64,000 nt of DNA from an uncultured Gemmatimonadales bacterium (GCA_963810165.1 CAWEMG010000037.1:6465-70464), one strand, 5' to 3'; counted from the first letter of the stretch, positions 23,038-33,508 are shown. Numbers and translations: made by a program. Notes: generated from the letters alone by a model not told the origin.

Positions 23038-23820
23038 GGTTTCTCCTCCCCGGGTCAGAAAGCTCCGGAGGGTCGGGATCCCGGGTCCGGGCCAAGTAGC
23101 TCCTTCGGGAGGCCCACCGGCCGTGATCGTCCGGCTTGGCACGTCGAGGTAGATGCTGTTGCTGCCGATGGCGAAGATGCTGGCCAGGTCGTGGCTGACC
23201 ACCACCACGGTGATCCCGAGGCTGTCGCGCAGGTTGAGAATCAGCTGGTCCAGCCGGCGCGCGCTGATCGGATCGAGGCCGGCCGATGGCTCGTCGAAGA
23301 ACAGGATGCCGGGATCCAGAGCCATGGCCCGAGCCAATCCGGCTCGCTTCTGCATGCCGCCGCTGATCTCCGAGGGATAGTAGTCCTCGAAGCCCTTGAG
23401 GCCCACGAGCGCGAGCTTGAGTGCGGCGACCTGCCGGATCTCGGCGGGCGTTGAGATCGGTGTATTCCTCCAACAGCAGCCCGATGTTTTCACTCAGGGT
23501 CATCGCGCTCCACAAGGCGCCGCCCTGAAACAGAACCCCGACGTTCCTGAGAATTCGTTCCCGCTCGCGAGGGTCCGCCGTCGGTGAAGTTCTGTGCCTC
23601 GTAATAGATGCTGCCGTGCGCCGGCTGGTTGAGACCGATCAGGTGACGCAGCAGCGTGCTCTTGCCGCTCCCGCTGGCGCCCATGATGATGAACACATCG
23701 CCCCGGTTGACGGTGAACGTCATGTCGCGCATCAGCACGAAGCCGCCGTACGCCATGGTGAGACCGCGCACGCTGATGCAGGGCGTCGCTCCGTTTCCCG
23801 TGGCGGATTCGTGCGATCAT
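23034..23820 (-). CDS. MlaF-type ABC transporter ATP-binding protein (frameshifted)
   Basis: Walker A GASGSGKST, signature ISGGMQKR, Walker B FFDEPSAGLDP. Confidence 0.9.
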
Positions 23821-24895
23821 CAGATCCCCAGGGCGTAGAAGAGGAAGGCGAAAAGGCCGCAGGCCACGATGACGGCAACCAGGCTGGTCACGACTGCCGA
23901 GGTGGCCGCCCTGCCGACAGCCGATGCGCTGCTGCCAGCCTGGAGGCCGCGCCAGCAGCCCGCACCCGCGATCAACCCGCCATACACGGCGCTCTTGAAC
24001 ACGCCACCGACGGTGTCGCCCAGCTGGACGGCTGGGTGGTCTGCCCGATGTACATCGGCCACGAGAGATCCAGCATCCCGACACCGATGACCGCTCCACC
24101 GAGGATCCCGACGAAGTCGGCGTAGAGGCAGAGCAGCGGCATCATCAGGATCAGCGCCAGCACCCGGGGGAGAACCAGAAATTCCACGATCGGAAAACCC
24201 GCGGTCGTGAGAGCGTCGAGCTCCTGGGTCACCTTCATGGTGCCAAGCTCGGCCGCGAACGCGGCTCCGGTGCGCCCCGCCATGAGGATGGCGCTCATCA
24301 GCGCGCCCATCTCCCGGGTCATGGCAATGCCGACCAGGTTGGCGACGTAGATCTGCGCGCCGAATTGTTTGAGCTGGACGGCGCCGACGAAGGCAAGAAT
24401 CACCCCCACCAGAAAGCTGATCAGCGTGACGATCGGAAGCGCCTCGACGCCGCACTGCTGGATCAGCAACCAGAGGTCGGATGCGCGATAGCGGCCGTTC
24501 ATTCCTATGAGCCGGCGGACGCCAGCGTCACATTGCCCAGGAACGACAGCGTTTCCTTTATCGGCACCGCCGACAGCCGAGGGCGTTCGCACCCACACGC
24601 GCCGAGGAACGCGGGCCCGTTGCGCTCCTTCGGGCGCCGGCTCGCTCAGGCACCGCCTCGGCCAGGTCCAGCAGTTGTGCAGGCCGGCTGGCAGCGCCCT
24701 GGGTCGAGCGCCACGCCTCGTTCCCGGCAGGCTGCTGACCCGGGTGAGAAAAGCCGGGGCTGCTGTCCCAGAGACCCAGCTGCTGGGTGTCGAACGCCAC
24801 CGCCGCAGGTGGGTTCCAGCGCACCAGGGCACCGCCGATAAGCCTCCGATTCCCGCCCGGCAAGACGAATCAGGAGATCGTCTCTCGACGGTCAT
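23820..24895 (-). CDS. MlaE-type ABC permease (several frameshifts)
   Basis: REMGALMSAILMAGRTGAAFAAELGTMKV; VGRAATSAVV. Confidence 0.88.
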
Positions 24896-25217
24896 GCGCT
24901 GACCTGGTGCATCCAGCCAGAGGCCGCGAAGCTAGCCACCGGCGAGAGGCTACGAGACGCCAGCACTCCTCGACCCGATCGCAGCAGCTGGCGTCCCCGC
25001 GAGATGCGGGCGCAGGTTCCGCGGTTCGTCCACGGCCCAGGCTCGGTCGGAGGCGAAATGGCGCGCCGGCGTGTAGCTCATCCCAGCTGGTCCCCGCCAG
25101 CAGCACGAATTGCGGCGAAGTGTAGGGATCGTGCGTCCTCGATGGTGACCGCGTGCCTGCCTCCAGAACAGGGTTCTGTGACGTGTCACCGCTGCCTCCC
25201 ACAGGGTCAGGTTCGCC

Positions 25218-26111
25218 TCACCGCCCCAGAATCGGTTGTCGGATCAGAGCCGGAATCACCGGAATTACCTCCAGCACCAGCTTTGCTCTGTCGCCGTACA
25301 CGTCCTGGCTGACAACGGAGTACTCCACACCGAAGTTGAACTTGACTGGCAGTTTGCCCAGCAGTGTCGTCTTTGTGACCATCAGACCGACGGGCACGTT
25401 CCAGCGGTTGTCGGGGGTGGCCCGGGCGTCGTAGGTGATGGTCGGGTTGAAGCCGAACTGCCAGGCGTTTGGCAGGTTGACCGACAGGAAGTAGAGCAGG
25501 TTCATATAGCTGGCGTCGGGGAGGCCGGGCTCACGGTCGCCGGTCGATCCCACCCCGAAGTAGTACTGCCCGAACGCCCCGAAGGTCGCCGCCTTTGTCC
25601 GGTAGCCCACGACCGCGGCTGGACCGAGACCCCACTGCTGGCGACCAAAGGCATCGTCGGTGGCGGTTGGGAACAGGAATGCCGGTCCCGCGCCGAGGAT
25701 CCAGTTCCCCGTGGGAGGCGCGATCACCGTCGGCAGCTGGAGGTCCCCCAACCCCCCGGCATGGTTGAAGGTGTTGAAAGCCGTGGGAACCGGCTGGCTG
25801 AAGAGCACGGGGAGGGTGGGCCGGGTGATGAGATTCCAGCGCTTGGCGCCCTGACCGTAGAGGGGGAACGGCAGGATTGGCTGGAAGATCATGCTGCTCC
25901 CGACCTTCGAGTCGCCGGAATTGACGTCGCCATCCGAGAAGCTGGCGTCGAAACGAGTGAACAATGCCCATATGTCTGAGAGCGGGTTCGAGAGCTTCCT
26001 TCCGGTCTCGGCCGCGTCGCCTTGCGAGGCTGCCTGAGGCTCCTGCCCGCTTGCCACCGAGGCGAACGAGAGGAACGCGAGTAGACTGGCAACCCCAAGA
26101 AATGATCGCAT
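25218..26111 (-). CDS. Secreted putative outer-membrane barrel protein, conserved hypothetical
   Basis: GAGGAG RBS before ATG 26111; signal peptide; KLSNPL, FQPILPF, GLGDL and WGLGPAAV segments. Confidence 0.75.
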   Translation of the reverse strand: MRSFLGVASLLAFLSFASVASGQEPQAASQGDAAETGRKLSNPLSDIWALFTRFDASFSDGDVNSGDSKVGSSMIFQPILPFPLYGQGAKRWNLITRPTLPVLFSQPVPTAFNTFNHAGGLGDLQLPTVIAPPTGNWILGAGPAFLFPTATDDAFGRQQWGLGPAAVVGYRTKAATFGAFGQYYFGVGSTGDREPGLPDASYMNLLYFLSVNLPNAWQFGFNPTITYDARATPDNRWNVPVGLMVTKTTLLGKLPVKFNFGVEYSVVSQDVYGDRAKLVLEVIPVIPALIRQPILGR

Positions 26112-26137
26112 GTGTTTGACTCCTCGTGGTGCGTTTC

Positions 26138-26562
26138 TCATGTGATGGGCGCCCTCACCGCGCGTCCCCACACGACGAACGCCGCCAGGCTCGCGAGGAC
26201 GAGCGGCATCGGCAGCGCGCCGAACTCTCCCGGCTGATGTGGAAGCCCGCGGCGGACAGCATTGCCAGCGCCAGACCGACGCCGGCCAGCGGCGTAAGCA
26301 TCGGCTTGACGCGGGTGGCAGCAGGAAGGATCAGACCGAGCCCGCCGAGGAATTCGGCGACACCGATGAAGCGCACGAGCGCCGCCGGAACCGCAGCCGG
26401 CCACCCGAAGGTTTCCACCAACACCGCGATCGGCTGGGTGGCCTTCGTCGTGCCGACCGCGAGGAACAGTGCCGCGAGCAGCCCCTGAACGACCCACAAC
26501 CCGACGTGGAGCGCCTTTGAGGGCCTCACGTCACCTCTGGCTTGGACGCTCGCGGTCATCAC
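26138..26562 (-). CDS. DoxX family membrane protein (frameshift near the 3' end)
   Basis: [42 protein letters not shown]. Confidence 0.88.
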
Positions 26563-28901
26563 TGCGTTCCTCCCGCTCCCGAACCGTGAGATTCGGTTTC
26601 ACTGTGGCCCTGCCCGATCGAGGCGGGGTGCTCGTGGGAGCCGTGGGAGCTAGCCTGGGGTGGGCCGTGGACAATGGTCTGGAGAGAGTCCAGAGTGGCC
26701 TGTCTCGCGGCGGCCTGGCTGGCGGTCAGGGTCTCCTGCTTGGGCGGCTTCTCGTAGCTGTCGTACACGTACCCCATCTGTGCGGTGCGGTTGGACGCGC
26801 TGACGGGCAGGTATACGTGTTTGCCGCTCTTGTCCCCGTACGCGAACTTTCGGTTGAGGTACTTGGGATCGGTTGGGTTCTCGTTGCCCAGCCGGTTCCA
26901 GCTTTCCCAGAGCCGGTCCATGTTGGCGTGGTGGAGATAGAAGAGCGGGTCACCTCCCACCGTGGAGAATTCCGCCATGTCGCCGCCGAGTGCGAAATGA
27001 GTGAAGAAGTGGGGGTTTTGGTCCATGCGGGGATTGAACCCGAGGTTGCCGTTCGCCGAGTCGATGTAAAATTTTTCGTTGAGGGCGCTCAGATTGATCC
27101 AGTTCATATAGAGCTTATCGATCGGTTCTCCCCCATTGACCCAGAACCAGCGAGTGCCATTGAACAGGGGGCTGCCCGGATCCCGGAACACGGCCGGAAC
27201 AATGAAATCGTCGTGGTTCCCGGTAACCGGGTTCCAGTAGGGAAGCGAGAAACTCTCGTCCTGCAGCACCTCGCGAATGACCCCCTCGAACTGGTGCAGC
27301 ATGAGCCGGTGCCAGGGCAGGAAGAACCATTGCTGAAAGTGTTCAGGGTCGGCGGGATCCTTGGCGTGTGACTGGCAGCCGTTCCACACCGCCCAAGCCG
27401 CTTCGCGGTACTCCGGTGGAAGTGAGTCTATGGCTTCCTTCTTACGGATCTGGGAGAATTCCCACAGGAACGCCGGGTAGCCCTTGATCCAATGGGTATT
27501 CCACCACCAGGTCCAGGAGCGGGTATCGTAGGACGGCAGCGTCTTCATGATCTCCACCGCCCGACCGTATTTCGCGAGCATTGCCTGGCCTTCGGCGCTG
27601 TTGACGTTGTAGCGGGTGTAGGGCTTCGTCGTACTCGCGGCAAGCGCCCCACCGCTGGTGGAGAGCGCCCCTCCGGTACCGAAAGGGGCGTCCCAGATGC
27701 GGAAGGAGACACTTTTCGCGCCACCGGGGGACATGCCCCCGGTGCGGATGGACAACTTCTTCGCTTCGCTGCCGGCAGGCGCCGCCTCCTCGTTCTTCGC
27801 AGCCTTCGCCGGAGGCGCTCCGAACTTCAGCTCCAGAACATCGTGGTTCGCCGTGTGGGTGTGGAGACTCGGATCCTGGAACACCAGCGCCCCGGCCGAC
27901 TGGATCATCCCGCTCACCAGGTGAAAGCGATCGCCGATCACCGCGCCCGCAACGCCGTGACGCGGCATCGGCATGGGAGGCAGCGTGAACCACGAATTGA
28001 TCGCCGGGTCGTACGCCTGGATGCCGTTAAACGCGCCGACCATACCGTTGGTTGTTATCTCACCGCCCGCCACATAGATCAGGCGCCCGTCCGTGCCCCA
28101 GGCCCCCCCGCTTCGGGCGTACGGCATCCGCTCTCTCGGAACACTCCAGCTGTCGTTCACGGGATTGTACTCCTCCACCACATCCGTATTCGTGGCGGTC
28201 AGGATGAATCCGTGGCCGGTGCGGCCGCCGATGATGTAGATCTTGCCGTTGACCGCGCCACCGAACGCGTGATTGCGCGCGACCGCCATCGGTGTGCGGC
28301 TCTCCCACTTGTTGGTGGCGGGATCGTACACGTCGTTGGTGGTGAGAACTCGAGCGGCTCCGAAGGCCGTGAAGAACGAGTCCTTGGACGCCGGCACGGT
28401 CGAGACCCCCCCGATCGCGTAAATCTTGCCGCCGACTTCGGCGGCGAACGCAGACCCGCGCCTGCTGGGCAGCGGCGCCAGCGACTTCCAGGAGTCGGCC
28501 GCCGGATCGTACTGCCAGACGTCGTCGATGGGCTGCCATGCGGCGCCCAGCGGGACCGCGGTGGTCGTGGGAGCGACGAACCCACCGATCACGTAAATCT
28601 TGTCGTTCACAACGGCCATGGCCGCATGGTGGGCCGGCCGGGGCATCGGCTGCTTCTTGGTCCATCTATCGGTCGCCGGATCGTATTCGTAGTTGCCGCC
28701 GGCCGCTTTGCCGCCGGCCCAGCCGCCCATCACGTACATTTTCCCCTTGACGGTGACGCCGTAGAGCTCCTCATCCGGCGCCGGGAACGGTGCCGCCTTC
28801 TTCCACGGTGATGTCGGCATCTGCGCCAGCGCGGCCGTGGCGAAACCCAGGCTGACCAGTAGGGAAAGGATCGCGGTTCTTCGTTGCAGCACTCTCGACA
28901 T
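26559..28901 (-). CDS. Secreted Kelch-repeat beta-propeller fused to a tyrosinase (type-3 dicopper) domain
   Basis: Signal peptide; about six Kelch repeats (YVMGG...YDPATDRW); CuA NTHW...CQSH...FFLPWHR; LPYWN; CuB NPHFFTH...[15 protein letters not shown]; GYVY; His-rich tail. Confidence 0.88.
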   Translation of the reverse strand: MSRVLQRRTAILSLLVSLGFATAALAQMPTSPWKKAAPFPAPDEELYGVTVKGKMYVMGGWAGGKAAGGNYEYDPATDRWTKKQPMPRPAHHAAMAVVNDKIYVIGGFVAPTTTAVPLGAAWQPIDDVWQYDPAADSWKSLAPLPSRRGSAFAAEVGGKIYAIGGVSTVPASKDSFFTAFGAARVLTTNDVYDPATNKWESRTPMAVARNHAFGGAVNGKIYIIGGRTGHGFILTATNTDVVEEYNPVNDSWSVPRERMPYARSGGAWGTDGRLIYVAGGEITTNGMVGAFNGIQAYDPAINSWFTLPPMPMPRHGVAGAVIGDRFHLVSGMIQSAGALVFQDPSLHTHTANHDVLELKFGAPPAKAAKNEEAAPAGSEAKKLSIRTGGMSPGGAKSVSFRIWDAPFGTGGALSTSGGALAASTTKPYTRYNVNSAEGQAMLAKYGRAVEIMKTLPSYDTRSWTWWWNTHWIKGYPAFLWEFSQIRKKEAIDSLPPEYREAAWAVWNGCQSHAKDPADPEHFQQWFFLPWHRLMLHQFEGVIREVLQDESFSLPYWNPVTGNHDDFIVPAVFRDPGSPLFNGTRWFWVNGGEPIDKLYMNWINLSALNEKFYIDSANGNLGFNPRMDQNPHFFTHFALGGDMAEFSTVGGDPLFYLHHANMDRLWESWNRLGNENPTDPKYLNRKFAYGDKSGKHVYLPVSASNRTAQMGYVYDSYEKPPKQETLTASQAAARQATLDSLQTIVHGPPQASSHGSHEHPASIGQGHSETESHGSGAGGTQ

Positions 28902-28943
28902 GGAAACCTCCGTTGATGTTGACCAACTCCTCAGGACCCGTGC

Positions 28944-29669
28944 TTACCTCGTGCTTACGATTAGACCAAGCATCAAGTAGTTGACATCTTTGAGTCCGTC
29001 GCTCTTCTCCCACAGATAGGACGGCTGGAAGGACACCTGCCTGGTGAGTGGCAGCGTGACACCGGCCCAGACGCGATCCTTGTCCCACCCACCCCCGCCC
29101 CCGTCATAGTAGGTCTCGTATGCGGCAAAGGGCTGCCAGATGTGGCGTTGAACCACGAGGGGATGCGAGATCATCAGTCGACCTCGATAGCGGTTGATAT
29201 CATCTGCTTGAGCTGGCAGAAACCTTCTGACATACATGTTGCGGACGGAGATCTGGAACTTCCGGAGGGAGAATCCCACGGTGCCGTCAATTCGGAACTG
29301 GTGCTCGCCATAGCTGTCGGTGAATCCTGCCGGCTCCGGCACCAATTCATTGAGCCCGCTAGCAGCAGCCGAGTAGTACATGTAGCTGGGAGTAATGGTC
29401 AGAAACTTTGTGACCCGAACAGGGACCTCAAACTGTGCGACCGGCGTTTTCAGGTTGCCGATGTAAAACCCGTAAGCTCTGAGAGCGATCCGTTCGTGGA
29501 CCGGAGCGATCAGCTCCAGGTAGCCCGAGGGCGCGAACACGGAGCCCGAGCCCTTACCTGCACCAGGCACGTCCACTTCCTGGGCTGCGCACGGCGTGTC
29601 GAACGAGATCAGACCAATCATCAGAAGACCTGGCACCAGCCGCAGCGCGAATCTTGAGAATCCCTGCAT
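28944..29669 (-). CDS. DUF2490-like outer-membrane beta-barrel protein
   Basis: Signal peptide; EHQFR, NRYRGRL, DKDRVWAGV pattern typical of this barrel family. Confidence 0.65.
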   Translation of the reverse strand: MQGFSRFALRLVPGLLMIGLISFDTPCAAQEVDVPGAGKGSGSVFAPSGYLELIAPVHERIALRAYGFYIGNLKTPVAQFEVPVRVTKFLTITPSYMYYSAAASGLNELVPEPAGFTDSYGEHQFRIDGTVGFSLRKFQISVRNMYVRRFLPAQADDINRYRGRLMISHPLVVQRHIWQPFAAYETYYDGGGGGWDKDRVWAGVTLPLTRQVSFQPSYLWEKSDGLKDVNYLMLGLIVSTR

Positions 29670-29697
29670 ACAGTTTCACCCGGTTGGTTGTTAGGGC

Positions 29698-29785
29698 CGG
29701 CGACGGTAAACCCCGTCGCACGGTCATCATTCTACGGCCGAGCCGTTGCGGCCTCTTGAACGCGGCAGAGGAACGGAATTGCTAT
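29698..29785 (-). promoter_or_regulatory. Diverged copy of the repeated promoter-like element (other copies at 30205 and 30303)
   Basis: tgaacgcggcagaggaacggaattgc matches tgaacgctacagaggaacgaaattgc; TAGAAT -10-like hexamer on the minus strand. Confidence 0.5.
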
Positions 29786-29791
29786 GATCTC

Positions 29792-29959
29792 CTAGGCAGC
29801 AGCGCGGGTAACCGAATCGATCACAGAATCGATCAGCAGCTGAACGGCCGCGGCTGACTGCTTCCGACGTTCCAGGTCTTTCACGATCCGAAGCTGCGCC
29901 TGGACGATCGACTCCTGGATGTTTCTGGCCGCCGGTAGGCCCTCGTAGTTCTTCTTCAT
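29792..29959 (-). CDS. 55-aa small helical protein, copy 1
   Basis: AGGAG RBS 7 nt before ATG; 47/55 identical to 37293..37460. Confidence 0.8.
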   Translation of the reverse strand: MKKNYEGLPAARNIQESIVQAQLRIVKDLERRKQSAAAVQLLIDSVIDSVTRAAA

Positions 29960-30000
29960 TGTCATTCTCCTGGTTGCCGGTTCCTTCTGAAGACCTGTCG

Positions 30001-30145
30001 TCGTGACGGCCACATAATGCGACGACGCCCGAGGCGCCACCATTCAGCAAACGGTTAGAAGTCAGTACGACTTTTCTTGGCTTTGACTACAACTTTCGAA
30101 GGCGAGACGATCGGCGTACCGGGTATAGAGCAAAAGTTGTAGTTG
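30001..30145 (-). promoter_or_regulatory. Duplicated promoter region, copy 1, with TACRACTTT boxes
   Basis: Boxes at 30066 and 30088 and inverted at 30133; homologous to 38611-38756. Confidence 0.7.
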
Positions 30146-30204
30146 CCCGCCTACGGGGCTCGGTGGGGGTCCGCGCCGACGACGGATGCGTCGCACGGCG
30201 CGGT

Positions 30205-30357
30205 TACTATGCGGGGAAGGTCGTGCGGGCCTGAACGCTACAGAGGAACGAAATTGCGGCGGCTGCCGATCCGCACCGACGCGGGATGCCGTCACATAGT
30301 GATACTACGCGGGGACGGTCGTGCGAGCGTGAACGCTACAGAGGAACGAAATCGCGG
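30205..30357. repeat. Direct repeat, two 55-bp cores at a 98-bp period
   Basis: 30205-30259 versus 30303-30357, five mismatches. Confidence 0.8.
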
Positions 30358-30382
30358 TGAGCTTCTGGATGTGCTTGAAGAT

Positions 30383-33300
30383 TTATCGCGGATCGCGGCC
30401 GAGCATCCGCACGAACCGGCTCCACAGAACGGACCACCTGGAACGCTCAGGCAGCACGAGGACCACCTCCGTGCCGGCGCCTGGGGCGCTGGTGACGGTG
30501 AGCCTGGCTCCGATGGACGCAGCCCGCTCCCGCATGCCGATCAGGCCCCAATGGCCCGTTGGGGTCGGTTGGGAGAGATCGAACCCGGACCCATCGTCCC
30601 GCACGCCCACGCGCAGCTCCCTGGGCCCGGAGTCGCAGATGACCCACACGGTCCGGCAGCCGGAGTGGTTCCGAGCATTCGCCAGCGCCTCACCGGCTAT
30701 GCTGACGAGCTCCGCCTCGAGCGTCGCCGGGTAGGAGCGTTCCGTTCCCGTCTGCGTCAGGTGAGCCACGACCTCCGTCCCGGAAAACGTCCGCTGCGCC
30801 GCACTCGCTAGCTGTTCATAAAGCGCCTCGGCCTGCTGGGACATCCGCAGGGCACCCACAAGCTTCCTGGTCTCGGCCAGCACGTACCGGGCCTGGGAGG
30901 CCAAAGTGGAGAGGAGGTCGGCGGTGGCCGAGGCGTTGTCGCCCGCCGCGAGACGCCGGGCGCCGATGTCCAGCTGCATCGCCACGCCCGCCATGCCGCC
31001 GAGCAGGGTGTCGTGCAGTTCGCGGGCGAGGCGGGTCCGCTCCGCGAGCATGGCCTCGAACCGCGCCTGGGAGCGCTCCGCGGTCAGGCGAGCGCGGCGG
31101 CGCTGCCACGCGACCGCGGTGAAAGCCGGGGTGGCTACGAGCGTCAGGGTGACGAGCGCGACGAACCACCAGGTCTGGTTCCACGCCGGGGCAATGGCAA
31201 AGGCCAGCGACGCGCCCGCCGTGTTCCACACACCGTCGTCGTTGGACGCGATGACACGGAACCGGTAGCGGCCGGGGGGCAGATTGGTGAAGAACGCCTC
31301 GCGGCGGTCGCCGGCGTCCTGCCAGGCGGTATCAAGACCCTCGAGGCGATACCTGAATCGCACGCGATCGGGCACGGCCAGGCTGTACGCCGTGTACGCG
31401 ACACTAAGCGCCGATGTGCGAGGCGGAAGCCGTAGGGTGTCGCTCGCCGACTGTCCCGCGAACCAGCGCCGACCGCCGGCAGTGAGCGCCCGGAGTTGCA
31501 CCGGCGGCGGGACCGTGTTGCGCCGGACCCTGCGGGGGTCCACCCAGGCGACGCCCCCCGCGGAGGCGAACCAGATGCGGCCGTCCGTGCCGGCCGCGGC
31601 CGACGGCAGCGGACGAACTTGCTCTGCCGGAGGCTCGATGCCGTCGCGGTAATCGAGGCGCTCGTACCGGACCTGGTAGCCGGGCTCGGCGAGCGCCCGC
31701 CGCACCTCTGCGGCCGGGACGCGGGTGACACCGTCGGCGCCGTTGAGCCAGAGCTCCCCATCGGGAGTCTCGACTAGGCCCGATACTCCGCGCAACGGCT
31801 CCCCGGCCGTGAGCAGCGGGACAAAGAGCCGGTGGCGGTGCCCGTCGGCCTGGCGTGGATCGAATGCGGCCACACCGGACTGGCCTCCGATCCACACGCG
31901 GTCGCCGTACACGGAAATGGCGAGCACGCGTCCGACGTCGAGTCCCTCTTCCGCCGCGAACACGCGGACCGAGTCGCCCACCACCAGCGCCAGCTCGCCC
32001 CTCTGGTACCCCAGCCATGTGCGGCCGCTGCTGTCCGTGGTAATGACGTTGGCGGGACTGCGGTCGGCCAATCGCGGGCCGCCGAACTGCTCCCAGCCGC
32101 GCCCCGGCCGCCGGCGGAAGACGCCCTCATTGAACGCGATCGCAACCCATAGCCCGCCATCCCGCTCACGCGCCACCGCCTGGATCTCGCGCCCGAGGGG
32201 CGATCCTCCCGGCTGCACCGGCGGCAGCGGCACGGGAGCGAACGCGTCATCCTTCCGCTCCCATAGTCCGGCGCCGCCAATCCAGAGACCACCGCGGAGA
32301 TCGCGGTAGATGCATGTGAGCGCTCGAGGGGCGTCGAGCCGTGGGACGATGCTCTTACCAACGCTGAGCAGAGCCGCCGGCGTACCGCGTGTTGTGGCGA
32401 CCCACGCCGTCCCGTTGGTGTCCGGCGCGACGGCCGCCGGTCCCAGGTACCCCGGCGGTGCGATCGGGGTGAGCTTGGTCCCACGAAACCGGTCGATGCC
32501 GGTCGAGGTCCCGACCCAGAGGCTCCCCTCCCCATCGTACAGCGCGGCCACGATGAGATTCCCGCTCATGCCGGCAGTGCGGGAGAAAGGGATAGTGCGC
32601 GCCCTTGCCGGAGCGGCCTCCGCAGTCCCGGCCTCGCCGCCGCCGGGGGTCGAGAGCCAGAGACGGACGAGCCGGCCCGAGGTTCCGATCGCCACCACGG
32701 GATTGTCGCGGGACCAGGCAAGGGAGTAAATGCCGCTATCGGCGTAGGCGAGCGTGCGGGGTGGTGCTGGGCCCCCGCGGCCGTCCGCCAGGGGGAACAC
32801 ACCGTCCGAGCGATGGACGGCCCAGACCGAGCCGTCCGGCGCCGCAACGAGGTTGAGCTCGCCATCGCGGCGGCCGGCCCCGGTCGGCTCGCGCTTCTCG
32901 AAGCGCGCCGCCCCTCTCGGCAGGGTATAGATCCCGTCTTCCGCCACTGCCCAGACCGACCCGCTCCGGTCCACGAGGACCGGCTCGGTGTAGCCTCCCG
33001 GGTATCCGGCGGCGGTATCGATCGCCTCCCACTGCCCGCCGAGCAACCGGGCCAGCCCACGCGACGTCGCGGCCCACATGGTACCGCTGGAGTCACGCGC
33101 GATCGCGGTCACCGCGCCGCCCGGCAGGCCGTCCCCGGTGCCGTAGGTGACGAGCCTGCCCCGATGGAAGGCGCTCACGCCGGCGGTCAAGTGGCCGATC
33201 CAGAGAGCAGTGTCCGGCAGAGCGAGCAGGACGTTGGGCGCGTGTGGCAGGAGAGTCTGGCCCGCCGGAGCCTCGAATCGCTCGAAGCGCACGCCGTCAA

Positions 33301-33508
33301 ACTGGAACAGGCCGCGCCCCGAGCCGATCCAGAGCACGCCGTCCGCCCCTTGTGCCAGAGTCCTGATCCCCCCCGGCGCACCGTCCCGCACCGTCCACGC
33401 GGTATGCGCGTACTGGCCGACGTCGAGCGACTGTGCCGACAGAGAGGCGCACGGACAGCACGCCACGGCCAAGGCGAGCCGGACGGCCGCAAACGTGCGC
33501 TGGATCAT
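30383..33508 (-). CDS. Sensor histidine kinase: two-component propeller repeats + Y_Y_Y + TM + HisKA_3/HATPase
   Basis: Repeated DxxGxLWIGT blades, RFRYRLEGLDTAW...TNLPPGRYRFRV, ERTRLARELHDTL, GHWGLIGMRERA. Confidence 0.93.
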   Translation of the reverse strand: MIQRTFAAVRLALAVACCPCASLSAQSLDVGQYAHTAWTVRDGAPGGIRTLAQGADGVLWIGSGRGLFQFDGVRFERFEAPAGQTLLPHAPNVLLALPDTALWIGHLTAGVSAFHRGRLVTYGTGDGLPGGAVTAIARDSSGTMWAATSRGLARLLGGQWEAIDTAAGYPGGYTEPVLVDRSGSVWAVAEDGIYTLPRGAARFEKREPTGAGRRDGELNLVAAPDGSVWAVHRSDGVFPLADGRGGPAPPRTLAYADSGIYSLAWSRDNPVVAIGTSGRLVRLWLSTPGGGEAGTAEAAPARARTIPFSRTAGMSGNLIVAALYDGEGSLWVGTSTGIDRFRGTKLTPIAPPGYLGPAAVAPDTNGTAWVATTRGTPAALLSVGKSIVPRLDAPRALTCIYRDLRGGLWIGGAGLWERKDDAFAPVPLPPVQPGGSPLGREIQAVARERDGGLWVAIAFNEGVFRRRPGRGWEQFGGPRLADRSPANVITTDSSGRTWLGYQRGELALVVGDSVRVFAAEEGLDVGRVLAISVYGDRVWIGGQSGVAAFDPRQADGHRHRLFVPLLTAGEPLRGVSGLVETPDGELWLNGADGVTRVPAAEVRRALAEPGYQVRYERLDYRDGIEPPAEQVRPLPSAAAGTDGRIWFASAGGVAWVDPRRVRRNTVPPPVQLRALTAGGRRWFAGQSASDTLRLPPRTSALSVAYTAYSLAVPDRVRFRYRLEGLDTAWQDAGDRREAFFTNLPPGRYRFRVIASNDDGVWNTAGASLAFAIAPAWNQTWWFVALVTLTLVATPAFTAVAWQRRRARLTAERSQARFEAMLAERTRLARELHDTLLGGMAGVAMQLDIGARRLAAGDNASATADLLSTLASQARYVLAETRKLVGALRMSQQAEALYEQLASAAQRTFSGTEVVAHLTQTGTERSYPATLEAELVSIAGEALANARNHSGCRTVWVICDSGPRELRVGVRDDGSGFDLSQPTPTGHWGLIGMRERAASIGARLTVTSAPGAGTEVVLVLPERSRWSVLWSRFVRMLGRDPR

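Noticed and set aside
22075-23493. Apparent ABC ATPase-MlaD fusion
   Set aside because: Indel near 23100; MlaD starts at ATG 23037 overlapping the ATPase stop
25178-25189. GTGAC-GT-GTCAC palindrome upstream of mlaE
   Set aside because: Single short instance with spacing different from the CTGTCA-N4-TGACAG sites; insufficient support
29792-29959. Small protein as a classic RiPP precursor for the tyrosinase
   Set aside because: The only Tyr is near the N-terminus and is His in the second copy; no Cys and no peptidase, RRE or other RiPP enzymes nearby, so it is not supported
30205-30357. Possible mini CRISPR array
   Set aside because: Only two adjacent units, a 55-bp core that is too long, partly homologous spacers and no cas genes
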